64,000 bases of DNA, from the NCBI GenBank assembly GCA_964016885.1, contig OZ024753.1:18600001-18664000 (forward strand), given 5' to 3'. Positions 44,710 to 59,856 of the stretch are shown here, piece after piece. Made by a program: the position numbers and the translations under genes. Within the stretch, counting starts at the first letter, position 1, and the number at the start of each line of letters is the position of its first letter. The notes below the pieces were generated by a model, which saw nothing but the letters and a program-made list of their open reading frames with translations, ran no database searches and was not told the origin of the DNA. Source of the stretch: Eledone cirrhosa (taxonomy: Eukaryota).

Positions 44710-47700
44710 ATAACTTTGAATAACTTTGAAATGTTTTGGCCAGTATTGGCCCATGCCATGTCTAACTTAATAGCACCACCTGGCGAAGTCTTTCAATTCA
44801 GGACCTGGGCACCATGGCCCATTCGAGAAGAGAACCACTGTCCGCGTAGACACATCCGGGTGTGGGTGGTCTGTCCGGGATCACCCGGAGGAACCTGTCC
44901 AAAGACTTCTTGAATTTTGTGTGGTCAGTTTCTGTTTTGACGTGTCCTGGTGTGATGTTGAAGAGAGCAGGGGCCGATTGAGGTGAAATAATTGTGCCGC
45001 ATTGTTGTTATGAGTTGCGATTTAGATTTTTGAATGGGACGGATAGCACGGGGCCAAGCCTTGGGTGTATCTTGAAGGCGATGCCAACACATTTGGGCAG
45101 TGACGAATGGAACACCTTCCACATCATGCAGACAATATAACGCTCACGGCGACGCTGGAGTGAGCAAAGTTTCAGGTTTTCTAATCGACCCCAGTAGTCA
45201 AGGTCTGACATGCCATCTATCTTTTTCGTGATTGCCCTTTGAGGAGCCTCAAGTTTCATGATACTTTGCCTCGTGTGGGGGAGACCACAGTGGACAACAG
45301 CACTCAAGGCGTGGTCGGGCGAAAGTAGAGAAGAGAAGGATAATGGTGCGGGAATCTCTCGACTGGAAGGTTCTGAGGATCCAGGAACACATTCTGCGGG
45401 CCATGTCAACTTTGCTGCTATATGCGTGGTCCAGCTTATGTTGCTGTCCACGGTTACTCCCAAGTCTCTGATGTTGTTAGATGCCACGAGAGTTTCCCCG
45501 GAGGGAAGGGAGCACGGGAGCCTCAGAGCATCCTCCCTTCCAAAGTGGATCAGTTCGAATTTGTCTTCGTTCAGTAACATGTTGTTCTTCTCTGCCCATT
45601 GGGCAACAGCCAGTAGGTCCGACTGAAGGCTTATCCGGTCATCCACGCCATTGATGACCTTTTGGAGCTTGGAATCATCAGCGAAAATTTTAACGTTGCT
45701 GTGTTTGATGATGTCAGTGATGCCATCAATATAGATGATGAAGAGAAGTGGGCCCACACAGTGCCTTGTGGGACCCCACTACTGACTTTGGCTGGCTTGA
45801 TTTGACTTCCTCAACTACAACATGTTGGGTTCTGTTTGACAGGAAGCTCTTGATCCACTGCAGCAGCATTCCAGTGACACAATATTGGACAGCTTTCTCA
45901 GTAGAATGTTATGATCAACCCTGTCAAAGGCCTTGCTGAAATCAAGGTAGATAACATCAGTGTTGGAACCCTCTCCCAAGGCTCTCAAAATGTCATCAAA
46001 GTGATGCAGTAGCTGCGTCAGGCAATCCCTTCCATTACGGAATCCATGCTGGTTGGAGCTCAGCATATTGTTACTCTCAAGGAAGTGGGTCATTCGCGAT
46101 CTCACCACTCGCTCAAATACCTTAATGATATGAGAGGCGAGTGAGACCGGACGGTAATTCACGGCAAGGGATTTGTTTCCCTTTTTGAAAACTGGGACAA
46201 ACAGACTGGGATAGAAGGTTTTCTGGCACATATCCAGCATCCAGTGAGTTCCGCCACAGATTGGCAAGAGGAGATGCAAGTTGGTGTTGACACGCCTTCA
46301 AGACACAAGCAGCGAACCTATCGGGACTACTGCTGAATTATGCTTGATTTCCTTTATTGCCGCCAAGACATCAGGGGCGCCAACGCCATGTCGATAAGGT
46401 GTAATGGGGAGTAACATCGCCGATACAGCCCAGATCGGCCATATCAGGATTGCTAAAACAGAGCAGTATTGTTTCTGCAGTATCTCACCCATGGTTTTAG
46501 CATTGTCTTGAAGAGTGCCATTTTACATCAATTAGAGGGCCAACAGTAGAGCCAGTGATTTTGTGTTATTTTGCAAATGAAAAGAACACTTTGGGATTGA
46601 GTTTGATCTTCTCAATGGCCCAGGCCTCTTCAGCTCTTCTCTGATTGTTGATGAGGGACATTATGTTGTTTTTCAGGTTATGTTTTTTAATCTCTAGTGA
46701 TGAAATGGCAGTCAAGTTGATGTGTTGCTGCTGACAGTATTTCAGCTTGTTGATTTTTTTGTTCGTTCTCTTAATTTTTCTGATGAGCGTTTTTCTATTT
46801 CTAGGGATTCTGCTCTTAGATTTGTTTATAGTTCTTAATGGGGTGTGTTTAGCACATATGTTTGTAACAGTGTCCACAAATGTCTGCCAGGACTTTTTGA
46901 TGTTAGTGGGTGTATGAGTGTGCGTGAAGGACCAGTCGACATGTGCAAGATCATGACTGATCGCTTCCCAGTTTGCATTGTGGAAATCCATAGCGTCAAA
47001 CGGATGGACAGGAGAGATGACATTGGGTTTGTATATTGGACGGTGGAATCTCAGATCACAGAGAACCATGTCATGATCAGAGAGTAGAGTTTTCTCCACT
47101 GCAATATTGTGGATATTGTCAGTGTGATTGCTGAAAATTAAGTCTAGGACGTTTTTGTGGCACCTCGTTGGTTCGAGCACCAGTTGGGATAGGAAGAAAT
47201 CATCCATGAAGTCAAGAAGCGATTCCACAGCTTCCCTGTCAGAGGTTGAGGCAGAAGAACCTGGTGGCAGGCTGTTTGTGGACCAGTCAACTCCGGGGAG
47301 GTTCAAGTCCCCCATCATTAAGATGTTGTCAGGTGACACTCTTGGATGAAACACTTTATGCTGTTGAGGCATTCCTTGAAGCATGGTACAGGCGTTTGGG
47401 GTGGCCTATAGAGCCCAACTACTAATAGGTTGTTGGTTTGACTGAATACAGTGACTGCTTCACAGTATCCATTAGTGAATATGTTCATAGCCTCTGTTGA
47501 GAAAGAATTATGGACATAAATGGCAGTTCCGCCCTTTCTTCTGCCAGCGCGATCAGCACGGATGGCTTTGAAATTTTTCACTTTCACCTCGGCTTCCAAG
47601 TGGAGGTTACTGAGATGGGTTTCAGTGAGGACGAAGAAAGGGATGTGTTTGGATGGACATCAATCCAGTCCTCCAGGAATTTGATCTTCCATTTTTGAGT

Positions 47701-49413
47701 ATTGGTGGAAGGGCTGATGCCTTGGGCGTTAGGCAAAAATGTAGAGGCGAGAGTGGATGGTTTTAATTGTTTTGGTGTGTTGTTAATTTGTTTGTTTGTT
47801 AATGGCAGCAATGGGAGTTTGTGCAGTTGGGTGATAGTGGAGGGTGGTGCTGGGTGATAGCTCGAATGTTTTTTTCCAGTTCTTTTGCCAGATTCATTAT
47901 GGCTAAAAAAGAGGAAGAAGTTTCCTGTTTAGAAGACTGTTGGTGACTGTGGTAGTGGTTATTTTTATGTAGGTTATGGTTTTTGTTTTTGCTTTTATTT
48001 TTAATTTTATTTTCATTTGTCCGACGGGTCCCCGGGAGATGGGTAAAGGGACAATCCCGGTCTAAACACAATCTGTCTCGCAGGGAAAAACGGCAGATTT
48101 GTGGATTCCTTGTTTGAGTATTGGTGGTTGTGTTGGTGTTAAATTAGAGTATGTATTATGGTGGTGGCTGTTTGTGGGATAGATCGTTTTGTCCTAGGTA
48201 AATGGGTGAATTTGCAGCCACTATCCGTACATATTCTATAGCGTAGAGAGTAGCGGCAAATGATGGGGTTTCGGTGGGTGGTATGTGGGTGTGTGTGTTG
48301 TGAGAGGTGTAGATGATGGTTTGGGTAGGATTTGACGACCTTTGTGGACTGTGGGAGGGAGAGTTCTTGTTCTGGTATTAGAAGGTAAATTCCTTGACAT
48401 AGCAGTAGACAAAAATGTTGTAGTAGTAGTAGTAGGCAGAGATGTTGGCAGTGGTGATGATTGGACTGCTGGGCCAGAGAAAGGATGTGGCGTTTCATGC
48501 TGTGAGACAGAGGCTACTGGGGGGTCAATAGTTTCATTTAGTAGATCGGCCATTGTTGATGAATCAAGGAGTGGTTCACACTGTTGTTGTCGTTGTTGTT
48601 GTTGTTGCTGTTGTTGATGTTGTTGTTGTAGCTGTTGTTGTTGTTGCTGTTGTAGCTGCTGTTGTTTTTGCTGCTGCTGGACAGCATTCGAAGAGAAAAC
48701 ACACGTTAGTTTATCCAAATGTTTATTGATTAATTTAAAAGCAATTTCGATTTGCTTAATTTATTTTGAATCTGTTGTTCAGATCGAGTTTTCAAAAATT
48801 GAACTGTACGTTTAGCAATGTCGTTCAGAGATGAAGCATGTATGTGCTTCTGTTTGGGAAAGGCAATGCCATGTGTTTATTAGAATGTCGATTTCATTAT
48901 CAGACCAGTTCTGTTTGGATTTTTGCTGGTTAGCCATTCTAGTTTTTGAGCGTGTGTGTGTTTTAGTTAAGTATTTCAATATATATATATTTTTTTTTAA
49001 TTTATTTTTGATTATTTTTGTTTTTTGTTTTTCTTGTGTGTGAGTGAGAAGAGTATATATATAAATATGAGTATATATATATATATTTGTATATTCTGGT
49101 TATTGAAAGTAATGTAGTTAATGAAAAGACGAAAGTATATAATAATAATTTGTAGTTAAAGGAAAATGTACTCACAAGTTCGAAAACACGTGGTTTCAAA
49201 TATATAATAATATAGATGTATGTAAATGTATAACCGGTCAATTTTCAAATATATAATAATATAGATGTATGTGAAATGTATTAACCGGGTCAGATTTTTT
49301 GTTTGTTGGTGGGGTTTGTGTCTTGTGGTATTGTTTGTGGCTGTGTGACTTGCTGCTTTACTCGGGGAGAGAAGTAAAAACACGTCTTATACTTCAACTG
49401 CTCAACTGCTATC
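44710..49413 (-). mobile_element. CR1-group LINE, apparently full length (5' UTR, ORF1 from 48937, APE-RT ORF2 ~47760-44800), frameshifted
   Basis: Inverted homolog of 34854-37270. APE motifs NAQG, ETHL, GGTAIY, YRPP, GDLN, LDLIF, SDH. ORF1 has polyQ and two CCCH fingers. A ~45-bp duplication lies in the 5' UTR (49194-49288). Confidence 0.93.
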
Positions 49414-53080
<3,667 letters not shown>

Positions 53081-53082
53081 TG

Positions 53083-54531
53083 GAGGAGGTTATAGTTCAC
53101 TTGAAGCATTGTGTAATGAGGTATAAACGTTAGAATATGTGTAATAAGGCCAAGACAATGCAGATATGGACATAGAAAAAAGAATGCAATAGTGAAAGAT
53201 ATTGATGAGAATTCGTCTTTCACCTTGAATTTATTTAAATGTCCTTAATTTTCGAGATAATATCTCTTCTTCGGAGGGAAGTAAAAGTCTCAGACCAGCG
53301 TCTTAAATTTCCAATGAAGCCATGCTGACCGGAAATAGTATAGAGTTCTAACTTTAATATCAAAGAATTAAAATTAGGTGGGTAAAGAGTAGTCTCCCTT
53401 TAAGAGGGGTTTGTTTATGTTTTTGTTGTGTTTTTTAAATTTTATATGCGTGCCTGTGTATGTGTGTGGGAGAAAGCATGAAGGTGTAGGTATGTGGGTG
53501 TGTGTGTGTGAGTGTGGGAAGATAGGTCTAATCGTAAAAGTGAGGGGTAGTTGTTATCTAGTGTTAGAACTGGTTTTGTGTGTGTATGTGTGAGAGAGAA
53601 TAAGTGGAGGTGTGCATGTGCGTGTGTGTGGGGTGCGTAAAGTGGGGCTAGAGGCCCTATCAGGTTATAAATTGGGTGTTGAGCCGAGGTTTCTTTCTTT
53701 AGTTTCTATCCTAACTGTTATGTTTTTATCAGTGTTTTTGCATTTAACTAGGTGTTTCTTAAATGAGGAAGCGTTAGTATTGAGGTGTTCTTTTATTCTT
53801 ATGTGGAGTGGTCTGGTGGTGCTACCTACATAGAAGTTGTTGCATTTGTCACACTCTAGTCAGTAAACTACGTAAGCCTGGTGGCATAGGTCTGTGTCGT
53901 TGATGGGGCAGTTGGCTAGTCTGCAGCAGTTGTCATGTCTGGTGGAGTGCCTCTTAGCTAGCCGTCCACGTAAAGAGGACCCGAATGGGCCAGTTGAATA
54001 TCCAGACCTTCTCGTCTGATGGCTCTGCCGATGGCTGTTGTTGTTTCTTCACTGAAGTGTGGGAGCTTCAGGAAGCAAGTGTTAGTGCCTCGGGTGTGGT
54101 GTCCTCTGTTCTTTCTGGCACGGTTTGTGGTGGATGTCGTGTATCCGTTCAGTTTGAGTACTTCCAGGAAATGTGTGGTGTGTGTGTCTCGGTCTCTGGC
54201 GTCGGTGCATTTGTTCTTGATACGTGCCAGTTCATTCTTTATGTATCCGAACTTGGCACCGAGTGGGAGGGCCGATCTGAAATGTACGAACAGGTCCCTG
54301 CTGGCGGATTTTCTATACTATTTCCGGTCAGCATGGCTTCATTGGAAATTTAAGACGCTGGTCTGAGACTTTTACTTCCCTCCGAAGAAGAGATATTATC
54401 TCGAAAATTAAGGACATTTAAATAAATTCAAGGTGAAAGACGAATTCTCATCAATATCTTTCACTATTGCATTCTTTTTTCTATGTCCATATCTGCATTG
54501 TCTTGGCCTTATTACACATATTCTAACGTTT
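53083..54531 (-). mobile_element. 5'-truncated PLE (thumb + GIY-YIG, ~54315-53660) with inverted terminal repeat 54316-54531 / 53125-53343
   Basis: Minus strand YRKSASRDLFVHFRSALP...LKLNGY...LKLPHFSE and CPIN..LC...VVY*LEC.KC..FYVGSTTRPLHIRIKEH. Confidence 0.85.
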
Positions 54532-54671
54532 ATATATATACATATATGTATATATGTATATATATATACATATATGTATATATATATATATATATATATA
54601 CATATATGTATATATATATATACATATATGTATATATATATATACATATATGTATATATATATATATATAT

Positions 54672-55034
54672 ATTGTTATATTTGGGGAGGGTCATATTTG
54701 CGTAATATTGCCAGAATTAATAACAGAACACACTCACTGTTTGGTTGGTTTTCGCTTCTCGCATTCTTTTATATATATATATCTGCGATCTAACTTACTC
54801 GGTCCTCAATGTTGCCATTGACTGACCGGCGGTCAAAAATAATACAGATACAATATAGACAAACACATATATATATAGTTTACATATATGTTTGTCTATA
54901 TTGTATCTGTATTATTTTTGACCGCCGGTCAGTCAATGGCAACATTGAGGACCGAGTAAGTTAGATCGCAGATATATATATATAAAAGACAGCGAGAAGC
55001 GAAAACCAACCAAACAGTGAGTGTGTTCTGTTAT
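54672..55034. mobile_element. Fold-back element, ~150-bp arms (54720-55034), with a terminus related to 6380-6671
   Basis: Near-perfect inverted arms. tattgttatatttggggagggtcat resembles tattgttatactgtgggagggtcat. Confidence 0.75.
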
Positions 55035-55137
55035 ATATATATATATATACATATATGTATATATATATATATATATACATATATGTATATATATATATAT
55101 ATACATATATGTATATATATATATATATACATATATG

Positions 55138-55209
<72 letters not shown>

Positions 55210-55429
55210 CATATATGTATATATATATATATATATATACATATATGTATATATATATATATATACATATATGTATAATTATACATATATACATAATTAT
55301 ACATATATACATAATTATACATATATACATAATTATACATATATATATATATATATAAATATACATATATATAATTATACGTATATACATATATATATAC
55401 ATATATACATATATATATACACATATATG

Positions 55430-55461
<32 letters not shown>

Positions 55462-55523
55462 CATATATATATATACATATATGTATATATATATACATAT
55501 ATGTATATATATATATATATACA

Positions 55524-55561
<38 letters not shown>

Positions 55562-55589
55562 TGTATATATATATATATATATATATACA

Positions 55590-55661
<72 letters not shown>

Positions 55662-55718
55662 TATATACATATATATATACATATACATATATATATATAC
55701 ATATATATATACATATAC

Positions 55719-55749
<31 letters not shown>

Positions 55750-55827
55750 CATATATATACATATATATACATATATATACATATATATACATATATATAC
55801 ATATATATATACATATATATACATATA

Positions 55828-56019
<192 letters not shown>

Positions 56020-56071
56020 AAAATATTAAACAATTAATGAATAAACAATTCCTTATATTAAACAAAAAAAG

Positions 56072-56226
56072 TTCATTATTTAACGATCGTTTCTAGGGTA
56101 TATATGTGTTATAATTGGTATGCATATTCAACAGATCTATGTACAAAATTATACAAAATTATACAAATTATCAAGATTAAATATACATACCTAACACATA
56201 TATACGCCGTCTTCAGAAATAATGAA
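56072..56226 (-). ncRNA. Hammerhead ribozyme with 116-nt stem II (second copy 62642-62796)
   Basis: ttcattattt-CTGAAGA-[116 nt hairpin]-GAA-ACGATCGT-T-aaataatgaa; 10-bp stem I. Confidence 0.75.
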
Positions 56227-57055
56227 GTATATTTATTGATAATAACAACAATTCAAAATATCAGTTCAAAATTGACCAATGAAAACACAAAGGGTTAAAA
56301 GCAGTTCGGTGTGTGTATATACATGTAAAATCCTTACACATATTTTACAAAAATGTGTGTATAATTTGTATACGCATACTAAAAAGATGGATGCAAACAC
56401 AAAATTTCAAGGTTAATATCTCTGTAAGCTTAATGCGCTGATAAGATGCGCATTGATACTTATGGAGTCAAGCATATAAATATATTTTTTCATACTCACA
56501 CATATCAGTATAATCACACATACATGCGCGTATATGCATAAATATACACATAACCACGAACATACAAACACACACACTCCCCCACTCACATTTATATATG
56601 TGGATATAAAATCATAAGCACATAGAAACTAAATCACTCACATAAAACACTGGCACACACATTTCAAGATCAAGATACAGAAATTAGGTGGGAGGGGGGG
56701 GGAGGGGTCAGTATTCAATTGTCTGAGCAGACTGCCTAATATAAATGTATCTATAAATTAAGAAAAATAAAAAAATAAAAAAATAAAACAATAAAATATA
56801 ATGAATATAATATAATATACATACACATACAGATATATATACACACATACATACATGTACGCGCACATAGAGATATTTACGCATACACACATACACACAT
56901 ACATATACAGTCATACACACACTTACACTTACACGAACATACACATACACATATAAAAAGATATATATATACACACACACACGCGCAACACATACACACA
57001 TACACATATATATAAAAAATAGATAATAAAGATATATATCCATATATATATATAT

Positions 57056-57106
<51 letters not shown>

Positions 57107-57192
57107 TATATACATATACATACACATACATCTAAATATACATACACATACATACACACATACATGTACATACATGTACATACATATACGCA

Positions 57193-57247
<55 letters not shown>

Positions 57248-57563
57248 TCACATAGACATATAGATACATACACACACAACTTACATACACACGTATATAT
57301 ATATATATAGATGTACCTTCATACATAGAATTAGATATATAATCATACATACATATGCACCTACTTATACTCATATATATAAATACATACGCTTCCATAT
57401 ATGTGTATATACATAAAAAACAATACAACCTCACCAAACTCAGACATACCAATAAAAATAATAATAAAAAGGCATATGTATATACATACACACACGCATT
57501 AATAGAGATATATATATATACACACATACATACACATATATATATATATACACAACCATATAT

Positions 57564-57616
<53 letters not shown>

Positions 57617-57622
57617 TAGACT

Positions 57623-57659
<37 letters not shown>

Positions 57660-57748
57660 ATATATATCCACACACTCATACCACCATAAATACACATACA
57701 AACACCCACATGCATATATATATATATATCTATATACACACACGTATA

Positions 57749-57784
<36 letters not shown>

Positions 57785-58123
57785 CACACACATAAAAAAC
57801 AGACATGCACATATATATATATATATATATTTTATTACTCTTATATATACACATATTATATATACATACACAACCTCACTTATACACATATACACATAAG
57901 TTATATTATAATAATAAAGAATAATATACATATATATATATACATATACATATATATATATATATATATATACATACATACATACACATACATACATACA
58001 CATAAATATATACATACATAAATACACACATACGAATAAAGACATATATTCACACATAGACACCTATATATATATATATATATATATCTATATATATATA
58101 TACACATATATATATATATATAT

Positions 58124-58154
<31 letters not shown>

Positions 58155-59282
58155 GACACACATACACACTCACATATATATATATATATGTGTATGTGTG
58201 TGTGCGCACATACACATATATACACACACACACATACAAACACACACAAACACATACATATGCATACGTGCACACACACACACATATATCACATAGATAC
58301 GAAGATAAACATATAAATAGAGAGACATACATATATATATACACAACACACATACACATACATACATACACGCATATATATATACATACATATATACACA
58401 TATATATATTCCTATATATACAAGCATACACATACATACACATATATACACATACATACACATATATATACACAACACATTCACATACACATACATATAT
58501 AATGCATATATATACACATATATACATACATATGTATGTACAATCATATATACACACACAATCTTACATTCATATTTGCATGCTCATATATGTATTTTTA
58601 TATTTAGATATAAATACCCAAACCTATATAGACACCTACCTACATATATATTCATACATAGACGCTTACAAATACAGATGATAATAGTATGGGGGAAAGG
58701 GGGGGTTTGGAGAAGGGGATCAAAGTAAATATATGTTTCAAGAAACATATAATATTTTCCGTATCTTAATTCAATGTATGTTCTTACATATTTTCAGTGC
58801 TAGGAAATACGAAATCTATGCATCTCAAAATAAATAAGTATACCATTAATCATATGTTAACTAAACCAAAGATAGTCAACATATTGATTTCTAAGGTGTA
58901 AATTAGTTAGGTTTATAATATTTGAAGCAGAATTTTGAAGTCAAACAGTAGTAGATTATTAATTACAGTATAACTAAATTAAAGTTAATAACGTTATGGT
59001 ATCAATATTAGGAGATGAATTTAGTAATAGGGAAAAGAAACCCAAATAAAAATAAAATAAAGTATTACATCGGTAGTAGCATATAAATTATATGTTAACT
59101 AAATTAAAAATTATATATTTATTTCAATAGTATACGTTAATTAGTATATGTTAATTATGTATACAATACATAAAGCAGATATTGTATTTCATCAATAGCA
59201 TAATATAATTATATGCAAATAGAAATCAAAATTAATACGCATACATATACATATACATACACATACACATATACATACATAT

Positions 59283-59333
<51 letters not shown>

Positions 59334-59856
59334 TATATACATACATACAGATACACATACACAACACACACATATACATACACATATACATATACATATC
59401 TTTTTCAAAAAATTGCACAGAATATATTAACTAGGTATATATCCAAAACACATCCCATTCTATGATTACATGACATTCTGCAATTCGTCTGTATAAGGAT
59501 ACTAATTTTAAGCAAATTAAAATTAAAATTTTTAGGTTGATTAAAACTAAAACCAAATAATAAATATATTTCCAAAATGTATATTAATTAGGTCTATAAT
59601 ACTAAAAATTATTTCTCCGTCATTGGAAACATGATATTATTTTGTTATATTTTATCTGTAAAAGAATTATAATAAAAGGTTTAAATAAATTAAAATTAAT
59701 CTATAAATTAAATTACTAAGTATATATTAGTAATATTTAAAGGTTTTTCACAATTTATGATTACATAATATTTTCTCATCTGTAATAAAATATTAATTAA
59801 ATTAAATTTATAGGTTAACTAACATTTAAATTAAATTAATTTCTAGAATAATGTTA

